The translations under genes and the position numbers were made by a program. Source: Octopus vulgaris (Eukaryota). From it: DNA of 64,000 bases. Positions 14,350 to 28,304 of the stretch are shown one piece after another; within the stretch, counting starts at the first letter, position 1, and each line of letters opens with the position of its first letter. The notes beneath the pieces were generated by a model that was given only the letters and a program-made list of their open reading frames with translations, was not told where the DNA came from and made no database searches. The stretch lies in the NCBI GenBank assembly GCA_951406725.2, contig OX597816.1:153140001-153204000 (forward strand), written 5' to 3'.

Positions 14350-15005
14350 TATTCACTTTTGACCGAGGAAGACCGTCGCTGACCATTGCCCATGTAAAAT
14401 GCCAGCAATGTCCGTATTATTACACCAACAATCGGCTCCCCCAGTTTCGCATCTGAGGCTCCCATGCACTCCGCAGTGTTCTCCTACTCGACCGGGCATT
14501 GGATAGTCACCTCGCAAGCAATTGCAGAGCCTAAAAGTCTGAGTCCAATAAAACTTGCACAAAATCTCACAAACACTCTCTACCCTACTGACATGATCCA
14601 GAAACAAACCAGGGCAAGATATCCAATGTCAATAATGGATTGCAGGTTCGGGAGCACCATGATCGCAAGCAAAAGATCCCCAAAATTTTCAGTGCCATTC
14701 TCTGCATATCTGGTTTTATAGTGAGACCTTCTGGAGACATGCTTTAACAAAAACTAAAGGGTAACTTACTCCCAGTGGTTTCCCAGTGGTTTCCCAGTGC
14801 GCCGGACACCAACTCGGAATCTCTGAGGACCATGCAATTTCTAGAACCTACTATAGGTTCATCCGTCCTTTTGACAGGTCTTGCTTTTACACTTGCTGGG
14901 TTCCTAGCAACCCTCATCACCAGGCAAGCCTAGTGCAGGTGCCAATTTAGTCGCCAACGAGCCAACCATGCAACAGGTTATACTAAATCCATGTTATCAG
15001 TAGTA
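14350..15005 (-). mobile_element. Probable RTE-clade LINE 5' end (5' UTR plus start of the AP endonuclease)
   Basis: GC-richer structured leader, then NNTDIAGI (like IDIAALSE); resembles recalled RTE 5' ends. Confidence 0.5.
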
Positions 15006-15050
15006 TACATGGAAGATCTTACAAGTTACCTGAGATTTGTGATGTATCTC

Positions 15051-15083
<33 letters not shown>

Positions 15084-16659
15084 TGTATGTATGTATACAC
15101 ATGTGTGTGTTTGTTGTATACTTTTTATGACTAATAGAATAACACCTCAATATTTTTGGTCACGTGGGTATGCAAACTTAATGAATTCGTGGGATATTGC
15201 TTCATAAGAATACAATGTTTACCCCAACTTTTAAATTTATAACATTTTACTTTTGAAGTCATATCTTAATTGATCGTCAGTTATTATTGATTGAAGATAA
15301 ACTCTCAAAGTTATGTTTTTGCTCCAAACAACTGTAGACAGACAAATAAAATAGCTATCAGTATTTTTGGTATAACATCAATTTTCATATAATTTTATCA
15401 ACTACTTTTGGCATGATGATATAAAACCTTCTTTATAATGGTATAAAATTTATCCTCGATATCATGATATAAAATTACCTTTTGACGCCATGCTTTACAT
15501 TTTTCATTAAGTCTGTGAACAAGAATATAGTCAATATGTATAGCAGTATACTTTATCTAGCCAATTACAGTCTCATTGTAGACGATGTCAACTTGTCTCC
15601 TGGATAACTTACAATTGGTAACTTCTTTTGAAGCGATTTTATCAATATCGATAACAACAATTACCACCACTGTTATTCTCACTGTCACCATAGCCACCAC
15701 CAGTATGTTCACCATATTTACAAACTCTATTTTCATTAGGAGCCACCACCATCACCATAAAAACAGCAGCAGCAACAAAAAATCTCCTCACTACCACTAT
15801 CAACAATACAATCGTTATCATAACTATCACCAAAGTTAGCATGAGCCGCCAAATACATTATCACTGATTATATTTCTATGACTACCACCCCCACCACCAC
15901 TATCGGCATTATCACCACTGCCATCACTACCAGCGCCATCACCACTATTACCTGGAGCTTACCTGGAGCTAAACGACGACTGAATTGTAGCAAAAGTGTT
16001 TCTTATTCCTGATATATACTTAAATACTTCATCAGTGTTGAGCATCTATTGACTGTCTTTCTCTCTGCTGTAGTAGTGATGTTTACATATCGAAGAAATC
16101 ACTGAAATGTTGGCTGCCGTCCAATCAGACAATCACAGAATTTTATGTTTGCTATGTTTGCTATAAGGGTCTTTGAAAAAAATTGGGTTGATTGTGGCTA
16201 TTGTAAAGAATTATTGTAAATTGTATTGATTAGTCAAATGATATGAATGGAACAATTTTCTCCATGTGTTGTTTTTGTGAGAAGAGAAATAGAAGGAACT
16301 AATGTATACAACCTGATTATAACGAACTACCGATGGATCCCCTACACCGTCGCTTAAAATATCAGCAAATTTACTCATATTATACCATGCTGTTCTAGAA
16401 ACTGGAAGTGATACATTGTACCTAGAGTAATACAATCTTTGGTACATTAAACAAAGATGGGATGGTTCCTGTCTCAAGCATTTGATAACTAAAGCATACG
16501 CTACTCTGCCACATAGTAACTCAACTCGAACTCACCTACAAACGCCTTTACAAATTATTTTATTTCTCCAAATTGCATCCCTCTGAAATTTTCTCCTCGA
16601 CCATGCTAGCACACTTACCCAGATTAACCAGTCGTGCCTTTGCTTGTCTGTTTGTCTGC

Positions 16660-16835
16660 TCTTTCTCCTCTCTCTCCTCTCTCTTTTCTCCCTCTCTCCT
16701 CTTCCGCACTCTCTCCTCCTCCTCTCTCTCCTCCACCTCTCTCTCTCCACTTCTCTCCCATCTCTCTCACTTTGTCTCTCTCCTCCACCTCTCTCCCCTC
16801 TCTCTCACTTTCTCTCTCTCCTCTCTCTCACTCTC
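16660..16835. repeat. CT-rich polypyrimidine tract
   Basis: Directly visible. Confidence 0.9.
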
Positions 16836-17199
16836 GTTGACCCTTACAACGTCTCAATCTTCAAATTAAAAGCCTACACTTAATACTTTGCATAATTCTT
16901 TCTCCCTAGATATTCAACCCACCGGAACTCTGCATTCTTACGAATTCCTTATATCAACCATATCGATCTCACCAGTCGGGGATGTACCACAACTTCTTTA
17001 ACATTAAATCGAAGTAGAGGATATCTTCAAATTTAATCTCTTTCATTTTTCATAACTGTACCGACTAATATTTAAAATGAAATTTTATTCATACAGTCTG
17101 CATTATAGGAAGAAACGGTCTCTGTTAAAAAAGCTGTTTCCAGGTTGTGTTTTTTTTCTTTCTGGCATTTTTTTTCTTCAGTAAGCTAGTATTGAACAA

Positions 17200-19650
17200 A
17201 ATTTGCAGCAACCACTTCTTCGCATGCTCGCCTCCAGTTCTTACGGTACTTCGCGAAACTTTTCCAGTTGTTAGATAGGATATTGCACAATGAAACAGTC
17301 TTCAGAATCGAGTAAAAAGCATCATTTAGGTGCACCTATTGACTGCTGACTGGGGATAACCTAAGAGTACAAGTGATGTTTGGATATTCTCGTTCCAACC
17401 ATAAGAGTTGATATTTTTCAACGATGGTTTGGATTTTCAAGTATTTAGTTTTTATCAATATTTCATTGCTTGTAGAATAATCATCGTATTTGGCGTTCAA
17501 AATCAATCTTATTTGATGAAAACTATCAAGCTAACGTATTTGTTATTGATACGCCAAATTTCATAAAAGACAACACTTAAACAGGCTGTTCTTAGTCGGT
17601 TGGTGATGTTATCGTCAAAGAAGCAGACATGGAGAAGATACTGGAGATAGGAAAAAGACAAGACCTCTTTGAAGCACCACTATGAGTAGTAATTTGAAGA
17701 TGTTTTCTTTCTCTTCCAAGTCGATTTTAAAGAAGAGTCTTCGTGAAACTAAACTGAAAGTAAGCTCAAACATCTTGTAAGCGTGAACAAATATCCCAGA
17801 AGTGAGTTGAAGATAAGCTTCAGTTAGAAATAGGGCGGAACTGTCATCAACATACTGTATCTTACAGATCATAGTCGTATTTTTAATGTTTTTTTCTTGC
17901 TTTGAACTTTCGGAGCCAGAAAAGTCTTTTATTCTACTTATATATATATGTTTAGTATCAAGGCTAATTTTTATCCTCACAGCAATCTGGAACATTGAAT
18001 GAAAGGAGGCTGCATACGAGCATGTAGCCCATTTTAACATCACTGTAGATGTCGAATCCAGGAGCAAATTTACTTTAACAAAACACTGGCACTTTCATGC
18101 TCATAACAAGAGACTGAAACGTTTCAGTGAAATAGTCTGGGTACGTGAACCTCTCTGTATGCCCTGTAAGGCTCTCCTGATAACATTTGATTGTGCTTTA
18201 GCTTTTAATTGGATAATTGAAAAAAAGTTTCATGAACATATATATGTACGTTTAAACATCAGAATAGAAAAGCAAACACGTAGTTGTCGAATTATAGTTG
18301 AAATTGTAAATCAATCAACATATTTAATATTTCATGTAACAAGTCGCGAAACACATTTAATAAAAAGCTTAGTTATCTTTGCACCTTTGAATCCTTTGGA
18401 AATTCTATTTTCTAATCTCCAAATACTTAACCGACATTCAAAATTAGTTTAACAATAATTTATATTTTAAATATATTTCCGAATTCAGATCTCATATCAA
18501 TTTTTGTTCCAAAGGTTATTCATACTCTCTTCAACCAAATATTGTTTTTATTCACTCTTGATATTTAACTTAATATGAATTTTAATGTATTTTAGTTTTA
18601 TAGCTTCATTTTATTATACTATTATACCATGGTGTTGAACGTGATTCAACACACCAAGTTTCATACATTTTCATTCAATTTTCTCAGCGACTATTTATAG
18701 TTAAAAAAAATAAAAACTTTCTCATTAATTTTGATAACACATTTTATAAAATTTTATATACTTTAAATGTATTTTGAAATTCATATTTTACATCAGTTTT
18801 TATGCCACAACACTTACTTTCTTGTAATTTCTCATAAAGTCTGATTGTCATTACTTTCTGTATCACAGATGGTTATACAATGCAAGCTACACTGTTTTTG
18901 AAGTTGTTACTGTTGCATATTGATATTGTTTAAATATTAACGTAGGACAAAGAATTCTAGACATGAAAGTCGAGACACTATTCTAATAAATTTATAATAT
19001 TAAGATTTTTCAACTTTCTCTATTATCAAATTATTTTAGTAATCTTTTACTTCTATCTCGCTATTGTCTTTTCTTTAAACTATTGAACTATTAATTATTC
19101 AACACAGGTAAACAAATATTTTCTCAAAATGTAGATGTTGAGATTATCTCTCTTTTCCATCTTAGCAATGTACAATAGGGAGAAACTAGAGTCATATTGA
19201 TTTAAAAAATAAACATTGTCTGTTAATTTAGAAAACTTTCTAATACCTACAAGAAACAAAATCTTTTGGCTAAAACATATTCTGAATAACTCTTATTAAT
19301 TGTTATTTACTTACACTGCAAGCATTTCCAATTTCTTCTATCTTAAAAATATTAGCTTAGTTCTTTAATTGAATACCATTATTATTGAAGCATAATTCCA
19401 TTCATTTGTTTCCTTTTCCAATTTATACTTAAATTCCAAAGACAAGATTTTGCAACAAGTTTCCTATGACTCGCAATCTATTGAGTTTTAAATGTTCTTT
19501 TATTCACATCCTTTATATATATTTAATGGACTATGTTGTAATAGATATCTCAGTTAAGTAGCTAAGTTATTGCCTTTTATATTTTGATATCAAAAAATTT
19601 CATTTTGTAAACCTCTTAACTTGCTGTTTTTAGAAATATTAAAAATAAAA
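17200..19650 (-). pseudogene. Ancient RTE-like LINE (RT clear at about 17600-18100; upstream part heavily decayed)
   Basis: ORF 17615-18067: IQYVDDSSALFLTEAYLQ...FVHAYKMFELTFSL (RTE YADD region). The extension to 19650 rests on weak motif remnants. Confidence 0.6.
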
Positions 19651-20379
19651 ATTTTAACACGACTAATTTGAATGACTACAGAACGAGGAAGTGGCCATTA
19701 TGCATGTATGTATATATGTACGTATGTAGGGAAAATTTAAATTAGTATAACGTATAACTGATTGTATTATTAATTAAAAAGTACAAACTTAAAACAATCT
19801 GAAGTATAATCAATTAACAAAGCAACACCACATAACCTAGATATAAGAAATGTTGTGTATTAATCATTAATTCCATTTTATACGTACATTAATTATTAAT
19901 TGCTTTATTTTTATGCCATTAGAGCAGTTATTTTTAAATTCACTTCTATATCACTTTACATCCTCCTTGACGCCTACTCTCGCCAAGATTGATGTTTAAT
20001 TAGACGCATTTAATTTCTTTCTAACAGTGTTAATATATTATATATGATATTCTTTCCACACATAGTTTTACCTACATATTTCTCTCAAATGAAAGTGTTA
20101 TTTGGGGCTGTATAGAAAACAGACTTAGTTACCTAACAAATGGATATCTCGGTAGAATACGAAATAGATATCGTATCCAACATGATTCTTCAACTCAAAT
20201 CGGAAAAGTGAGAGACAAAGGGATAGGGAGGTAATTCCTAACGAAGAAAGCAATCGCGGAAGATTTCATGGCAAATAGAACCGCACAGATTCTGATTTCT
20301 TCTGAGGTCAGTTTACGTTGACTGCTCTTTAGAAATGTAATATGAAACTGCCTCATAAAATTTTTAAAAAGTCTAAAGT

Positions 20380-20589
20380 ATGAGGGCCTTAGAGTGTTGT
20401 GTAAGACAATGATGCAAATAAAGATTATTATTGAATTAGCAGAGTAGTTAGTGGGATTTATTTCGACTCTATGTTTTACGTTCCACCGAGTCAACTTTAC
20501 TTTTTATCCTTCCGGGGCTGGTCAAGTACTGAGTTTGATGTAAACAATTAGTCGTTTCCACCACATTTTTGGCCTTGTGCCAGATACGA

Positions 20590-20673
<84 letters not shown>
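20380..20673 (+). mobile_element. Diverged SINE family A followed by (AAT)n at 20591-20673
   Basis: CCGAGTCAACTTTACTTTTTATCCTTCCGGGG core; GGCCTTGTGCC tail. Confidence 0.7.
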
Positions 20674-20682
<9 letters not shown>

Positions 20683-21112
20683 CTTGCTAATTCACTATTA
20701 TGGTACGAAAAAGGGTATTCCCTCAGTTATGAAATTCCTGTCTTTCGCATTAGCAAAGAGATTAAGATAGATATGACGGAGTTCTCGAATCTGAGTCAAA
20801 CGAGGAATAATACATATGCTACAAAGCATCAAATCTCACTCTTGGCAAAAAAACAAAAAAAAAAAAAAAAACGACGACATCCATTGGAAAAGCTTAATAA
20901 AACAACATTTAGAAATCGGATAATGAAAATGATAGGTATACACAAAATAATGTACATACTCCACAGTACACAAAAACAAACTGAAATACCGAAATACCCA
21001 ATTCGCTTGATGATCGGTGTGGCGTGAAATCGAGTTACATGGAATATATATATATATCAGGTAATACCCTGCAGTGCAAAGTGTTTGTGCAATTATATAT
21101 AAGATATATATA

Positions 21113-21153
<41 letters not shown>

Positions 21154-21399
21154 TACACACATGTCTATATATATATATGCATATACATATACACATACAC
21201 ACACACACACACACATATATATATACCTACATACTACATATATAGGTGTACATGAATACACACATAAGTAACTATGTGTGTGCGTATACATACATACATA
21301 TGTGTATATTTATCTCTCTACCTATATATATACAGTATTTATGCAAATGTAATATATATAGTATACAATAAGCATTTATATATATATATATATATATAT

Positions 21400-21743
21400 A
21401 ACAATAATAAATCTCTGAGCGAGATATAAACAGTAACTGGTTTTTCTACATCAGTGACTGTGGTTACTGTGAAAATCCTTATATATGCAGCCTGTGGAGA
21501 GAGTCCCTCATCGAAGAACGGTGCTTACCATGCGTTGATAAGAGGCAATTACCTCGAAACCGGTCCGTATGTAGTATCCGTATCTTCGGGGAGGCTGATC
21601 TCCCTTTACAGGCTAGCAAGGACACCGTGATGGTGTCGGTCCTTCTGGTGACGTCGATGATCGCCTGGGGCTAAATGCATCAGTAACACCCCCACCACCC
21701 CGCCCTGTCCCTAGCCACATTCAGATGGCTGATCCCCCTTACG

Positions 21744-21745
<2 letters not shown>
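21400..21745 (+). mobile_element. Short hammerhead-bearing element between (TA)n tracts (PLE pLTR or retrozyme-like)
   Basis: Bounded by (TA)n at about 21378-21400 and 21745-21780; carries the ribozyme motif and further hairpins (AAGGACACCG..TGTCGGTCCTT). Confidence 0.6.
21529..21571 (+). ncRNA. Minimal type I hammerhead ribozyme, U3-A8 core variant
   Basis: Stem I CATGCG/CGTATG, core TTGATAA, stem II GAGG-CAATTA-CCTC, GAAA, palindromic stem III ACCGGT, predicted cleavage after C21565. Confidence 0.85.
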
Positions 21746-21783
<38 letters not shown>

Positions 21784-22237
21784 TTTTAATGCAGCTGGCA
21801 CACGGGGAAAATTCTGTCAAAAGCTGTTGACTGGTGATAGCAAAGATTTCGGCACTTTCATTTAGTATCTCCCCTTCTAGGATAACAAACATTATCGTAT
21901 CACTGTTACAACTAATGAATATGTGGCTTATTTGGATCCATTCTGGCACATTCTCTGCCTCGTCTTCCATACACCCACCACACGAAGCTTAATTCTGTAA
22001 TATTCAGTGCAATGCAATCAAATCATGTAGCAACTATTTTGTTTTTATTGAGTATTTGTACAAGTAAGAGGACGAAGAATGAATAAAGTACTGCTTTATT
22101 ATTAGTTACAAATGCTTCTGTTTCACTCCGTTTCTAACGCTTTTCTAGTGACTTCATTTGTAAAGTTACGCAAACGTATGATTGGTTATATTAGAATGGC
22201 ATTTTATCATATTGTCAGCCAGTCGCGCATTTTTCCC

Positions 22238-22388
22238 TACATACATACATACATACATACATACATACATACATACATACATACATACATACATACATAC
22301 ATACATACATACATACATACATACATACATACATACATACATACATACATACATACATACATACATACATACATACATACATACATAC
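22238..22388. repeat. (TACA)n microsatellite
   Basis: Directly visible. Confidence 0.97.
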
Positions 22389-22449
22389 GTACAAATATGC
22401 ATACATGATAGCCACTTCTTCTGTAGTATAGTTATCGCCTGAAATATTT

Positions 22450-23620
22450 CAGAATAGGTCTTACGTTTGAGCATTATGGATGTGACTTTTCAGGCTGGTA
22501 GCTGACCTTTACCCTTTGGCACATACGTTACATACATGATTGCCCCCAACAACTGGAGCCACTTGTTGGTCATCATACATTTCCATGAGTCGCTTCGAGT
22601 CTCCAGTTGATAGGCATATCTTGCTGCATTCATGGCAAATTGTCATGCTGTGTATGGCGTAACCCAAGCCAAATTTCTGTACATAGCTTCTTTTGTGACT
22701 TCTCAAGCCCCGCTTTGCTGAAATAGACTCACTGACAGTCTTTGCATGTCACCTGACTTTGGCGACAGACATTTCCTGGAAATATTACGTAACACTCTTT
22801 CTTGCATCTGTCTTTACCTTTTCGTGATTTCTTCGAAAATGAAATTCTCACTTCCATCATTTATTGCTTCCTTCATCATGCCCAATCAGATGAAGATTTT
22901 TCCAGACCTTTTCCGCGATGTTAGCTTTCTTCAACGACGGTTTTATATAATCTTTGGACCTCAGCTTTAGTTTATGTGGTGTACGCTTTCTGTTTCTCAG
23001 TTCACCATACAGGGGTTGCCTCGGTGTACTGCAGTACTTCATTCTCTCTAAGTGACCAACACATGGAGTCAGCACTGCAAAATGATTGATTCGATACTTC
23101 AACTGAGTTTTTTGAAAGTCCTCAACATCACTCGCTTACATTTTCCTACGCAGGACTAAGATATATTACATAGACACTGTTAGTGGAAGCGCTCCAGCTG
23201 TTTCGGATGCTCTCGTCAGTTTACCTACGTCTCAGAATAGTACAGCAGGGAAGACCAAACACACTTTGTATAAACCTTTACTTTAGTATCAGTAGAGATA
23301 CCACGCTGAGACGACAGGCACTTTTCCATCATTCTGAAAATATCACCGGCTTTACTGATTCTTAGCAAAATTACATTGTCAAGGGTATATGCTATACTAA
23401 GGGTGCTGTCAAAACACACAAACCTGTCTACAACTTGAAGTTTCCGACTGTACATTCGGATATCTGATTCCAAGTATGGTCCTACTGACGCCTTGCAGGG
23501 CTTCCATTTACCCTCTTCACTAACCAAGCTTAATGGGTTGTACTGCATTACGCATTACCTGTAGCGCTCACGCGTTATGAGATAGCCCCATGAACATTGA
23601 AACAAGTTAACATATAATAT
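22450..23620 (-). pseudogene. RTE (BovB-like) LINE 3' half with C-terminal C2H2-like fingers
   Basis: KLQVVDRFVCFDSTLS...RISKA...TKVKVY...LLYYSET; GHLERM...PRQPLYGEL; CHECSKIC and CNVC. Confidence 0.85.
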
Positions 23621-24572
23621 ATACAATATTCAAAAATATGTACATACATAAGTAAGGTCCTGAAAAAGAAAGTGAAATGCAAAGAAAAGTGCGCGCAGGC
23701 AAGGAAATGTTCCAATCTCTAAAGTTCAATTAAGAGCGAATAGCGCCGGTGCGATGTGTGCAAAACCACGAGGTCATTCCTGGGAGGAGAAAGTCATCCG
23801 CCATGTTGAAAATGGAAGTAAGAAATATTCTACCACTACACAATGATGCTAAAATGAACATTCATATCCTGTACACTCTAGAAACAATTATAACGTCATT
23901 TTCTTTTTTAAGCTGGCGTGTTGGACAGTTGCGTGTTGTTCTCTCTTGAACTTATTTTTTCTTTTTGAAGAATATTTCGGAATTTAATATTTCAACGTCT
24001 AGCTCACCAATGTAATAACAGGTAAATTAAAAGTTGGACTTTACCAGTTTATGAAGTATATTTAGATGTATGCACGTAAGAAGGTTTGAAACGTATAAAT
24101 GCATGTTTTACATCAAGGTAACGATAAAAATCAGAGATAAGCGTACAAGGCAATAGGGTGTAGGAGGCTTGAGTTAAATTCCTTAATGCACATCAAGGTA
24201 GTTAGCTCCGGTACTTGGCTGCAAATCTAAAATATCCAAAATGTTTTGAAGTGGTAGTGAGGCGAGGTAGAAATTCCATAGCGTGTCGAGCTAGACGAGC
24301 CTCAAGCTCGTCTATAGTGTCTACATCTGAATAGGATAGATTAGTGTCTACATCTGAATGGGATAAAGCAAAGCAGCGACGAAAGGGAACCAGATGTTAA
24401 CGTTCCGACATTTAGACAGCGACTGGATAAAGCACCTTTGAAAAGCGCGCGCTATTACTCTGGGCGGAGGTCGTCATGTGTATACCTCTGCCGTTAGCTT
24501 TTAAAGAGCGGTGGAAAGCAGTACCAGTGTGCTGCTACGCTGGAACGAAGTAATTTGACTGTCCTGCTAATG

Positions 24573-24633
<61 letters not shown>

Positions 24634-24639
24634 TTTATA

Positions 24640-24790
24640 CTATGAACTTCAGTTTACGTTCACCAGTTTTACCCACAAGGTGTTGGTCAATCCACGACTA
24701 TAGTCCCCCACTGTAGACGCGGATTAGGACCGAACGTGGTTCCGAAGCAAACTTCTTAATCACACATCCATAACTATACGTGTATAAACA
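24640..24790 (-). mobile_element. SINE family B, 5' part
   Basis: TTCAGTTT..CCACAAGG..TTGGTC..CTATAGT matches 45250-45310. Confidence 0.6.
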
Positions 24791-24799
24791 TGTGTGTGT

Positions 24800-24801
<2 letters not shown>

Positions 24802-24880
<79 letters not shown>
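24802..24880. repeat. (GA)n microsatellite
   Basis: Directly visible. Confidence 0.97.
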
Positions 24881-24881
<1 letters not shown>

Positions 24882-25149
24882 AAGAGAGGTGGGGAGATTG
24901 AGAATGAAGCCGATGGATAGGCTGATAGAGGTTTGAGCTAGACCAAACCACCGACGACTTCACTATTTTTATTTTCCCATTGGTACTACACTGTCAGTGG
25001 GTATGGTATTCTAAGATACTCTATGAATAAATAGAAGTCAATATTCTGTTCAGTAGTGGTAAGTAACGGTAGCGTTGTAAAATTGAAGAGTGCTTCTGTA
25101 TATTGTAGGATTGAGATACCTTCTGGAACGAAAGAAAAACAGAAGGCAA

Positions 25150-25500
25150 GTTTGATGGTATTTGAACTCACAACACAAAGTATCATGACTCAATACTGCC
25201 AATAGGCGAGCCACTACGTATTTTCTTGACAGCCAGAAATGCCAACCAATTCTCATATAAATTGTACCCTATCGTCTAAAGAAATATAGCAGATAAGATA
25301 CTTTAAAAGAGACGGAATAATCACGGTGGGAATGCCTTCGAGCATAGGTCTGATCAATCAAGGCTGACCTGGAGCTAAAAACAACTAACTATAAAAACTT
25401 ACAGGACTTATTCGTGAATCTTCGACTTACTCGAAATAGCAGCTGAATCTTCTTCAAAATACAAACTTCTACCTTAATTAAGGAGGGATACATTATACAA
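25150..25500 (+). mobile_element. Dispersed SINE-like family C fragments
   Basis: CATAGGTCTGATCAATCAAGGCTGACCTGGAGCTAAA; reverse-complement relatives near 1255, 58745 and 61845. Confidence 0.55.
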
Positions 25501-25809
25501 TATTGCTGAACACAAATGGTAATAGGGAACTGTCACAGTTGGAATACCTTTCATCAAACGGTTGCTCATTCTGACGACCAAGTAGATAATAAATATCATG
25601 TCGGTTTCGATGATTTGTACAACTGCTGTTCAATTCAGAGAGTAACTTAGTTTGTAAAAGTGAAAGCGGTTGAGACAAGCCAGCGTAAAACCCTGTGACA
25701 AGGTTGGCTATCTAAATTACAAGCACAATACATCCGACTGGTTTATAGCGTCCATCGATCGAAGATTTCTACAGTCGAAACCTCCCTAATAATACTACTA
25801 ATGGTTGTT

Positions 25810-26035
25810 TATTGTTTTTGAAACAGGGAAAAAAGCCGCAAAATGGCTGGGGTTGTAGTCAATCATATCGACCCCAGTACTTAACTGGTCCTTTATTTCG
25901 CCAATCCCAAAAGGTATTGATTTGGACAGGATTAAAACTCAACGAAAAAACAAATTAAAAAAATGAAAGAAGGAACAAATTTCGCAAGGTATTTTGTCCG
26001 ACGCTCTAAAGGTCTTGCTAACCACTTCCCCTAAT
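25810..26035 (-). mobile_element. Diverged SINE family A
   Basis: ATCGACCCCAGTACTTAACTGGT core. Confidence 0.65.
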
Positions 26036-26826
26036 AATACTAATAACATTTTCTGAAACTGCCACAAAACCACAAAACATATGGTGAGAGATAAACTGAT
26101 CTAAACGGACTAAACAAAGAAATATGATTGTCGCTTATTTAGTTGACACCGAACATAGAATGACAAACTAAGAATAATAATCTATATTGTTCTACTGACT
26201 ATATTGAATAAAAGAATCCAGTTTAGAGGAGATAATGTTAATATACGAACGTGCGCGCGCATGAGTGCGTGCGTGTGTATGCGGGAATTTGATTTTCCAT
26301 GACAATATATAAGTGCACATGTAAAAGTGTAGTATGTAAATGTAAGCGTGTACTTTTCGCTATTAATATCTTTGTTGTTACTTGTCCCTTTCAAGCACGA
26401 ATCATCAAATCTTGAGGTAAGGTCTGAGGTCTGGGTTTATTATCTCAATGAACATTCAATGCCTGTATATGTATATGAATATGTATATATGTGTGTGTGT
26501 GTGTGTGTGTGCGTGCATACACACGCACATGCACACACTTATACACATGCACACATAAGGTTACGACATAAATAAGGAAGAGAATTCGTGTTTAACTGGC
26601 AGCCTCTTGTAATCACAAATGTCATTCAACCTAACTTTCAAGAATATTCCAGAATATTCTAGTCACGCAACTTCCAAACATAAGATTCAATGTAGAAGTC
26701 AACGATAAGAAGAAAAGAAACAGGAAAGATGTCGTAATAAGAAGACTGACAAATGAAAGAAAAAAAGAACATAAAAGAAAAAAGATTGGAAGATTATATA
26801 AAAAATAGAAAAATAGAAAAGTGACT

Positions 26827-27052
26827 GGAGGAGAAGAAGAGGAGGAGGAAGAAGAAGAAGAAGGAGTATTAGTATTAGTAGTAGTAGTAGTAGAAGAAGA
26901 AGAAGAAGAAGAAGAAGAAGAAGAAGAAGAAGAAGAAGAAGAAGAAGAAGAAGAAGAAGAAGAAGAAGAAGAAGAAGAAGAAGAAGAAGAAAAGAAGAAG
27001 AAGAAGAAGAAGAAGAAAAGAAGAAGAAGAAGAAAAGAAGAAGAAGAAGAAG
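26827..27052. repeat. (GAA)n microsatellite with (GTA)n/(GAG)n leader
   Basis: Directly visible; source of the poly-E/K/L/F ORFs. Confidence 0.97.
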
Positions 27053-27352
27053 ATGCTTATGATGATGAGAAACAAAGTAAGGTAGAATAAAAGGAAAAGT
27101 GTAAGACGAGATGGGAGGATGAAGAGCGACAATGAAGGATGAGTGAAGGTTCTGGTCTGGGAAAGATGTTGTCTGTTGTCTTTTCGTGTTTAACTTATCC
27201 GGAAACATTCTTTTCTCTTTATCTCCAACACCGACCATCTGCCATCTTGCATATATGATAACTGTTGTTTCAATGAAGAGTTACTGTATTATCACACACA
27301 TGCACGCACATGTATTCGTATACGTACATGCGTAAGAGTATGAATATATGTA

Positions 27353-27391
<39 letters not shown>

Positions 27392-27606
27392 GCACACACA
27401 CATATACATACATAGACATATATGTCTGTCTGTCAGTCAGTCTGTCTGTATGTATAGTTATGCAAAGACACACGCGAACGCACGCACACGCATGCGTAGT
27501 AAATTTTGGAAGAGTCTACCTATTTTCGTATACAAAATATTTTTGTGGGTTCTAAAACGATTAAAATGACTCCTCCACAGTGTAATTGTTTCACTTTCAA
27601 CACACG

Positions 27607-27720
<114 letters not shown>

Positions 27721-28012
27721 TTGTTTGTCTGTCTGTATATACATATACACACACGTTCACACACATACACATATTGTATGTGCATATAAATGCACATAAT
27801 GTATGTATGTACACACACACACACACACAATATACATATATATATAAATAGCAAGACGTAATGTAATACCATAAAGGAAAAAAAAATAATCTCCATTAAA
27901 TGAGATTGAGGGTGCCGAAGCACCTACATTGCTAGAAATAAGAGTTAGAACCTCTTAATGCTGTAAAAAGAGTCCCATATATCTACACAGAAAGGGGAGG
28001 TAAGCAACCCAT

Positions 28013-28304
28013 GTCCGTCTCTAGAATCACTAGAACAGACTAGTTTCGCCTACTTTGTAGGCATCATCAATAGTGACTACTTAAATGGTCGATGGTATGG
28101 CTAATTGCGCCTAGCTGTTTATATTAACTTTTAGTGTACGCATTAGCAGTTCGCTAAATCAGCCATAATTTTTTGATGGTGAAAAAATATATATACTGAC
28201 CGACGGAATTAATCAAACCATCGACCGTTTGAATGGAAAAAACTGATGATGCTTACAAAATAGGCGAAATAGGCTTTTTTGCAACCATCTCGATGACTAC
28301 GGAC
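28013..28304. mobile_element. Fold-back element, ~95-bp inverted arms each carrying a minimal hammerhead motif
   Basis: Minus 28028-28075: TTGATGA-T-GCCTAC AAA GTAGGC-GAAA-CTAG-TC. Plus 28237-28280: AAAAAA-CTGATGA-T-GCTTAC AAA ATAGGC-GAAA-TAGGC-TTTTTT. Confidence 0.75.

Noticed and set aside
14770-14799. (CCCAGTGGTTT)x2.5 and similar short duplications (15950, 24313, 33884)
   Set aside because: Ordinary slippage duplications.
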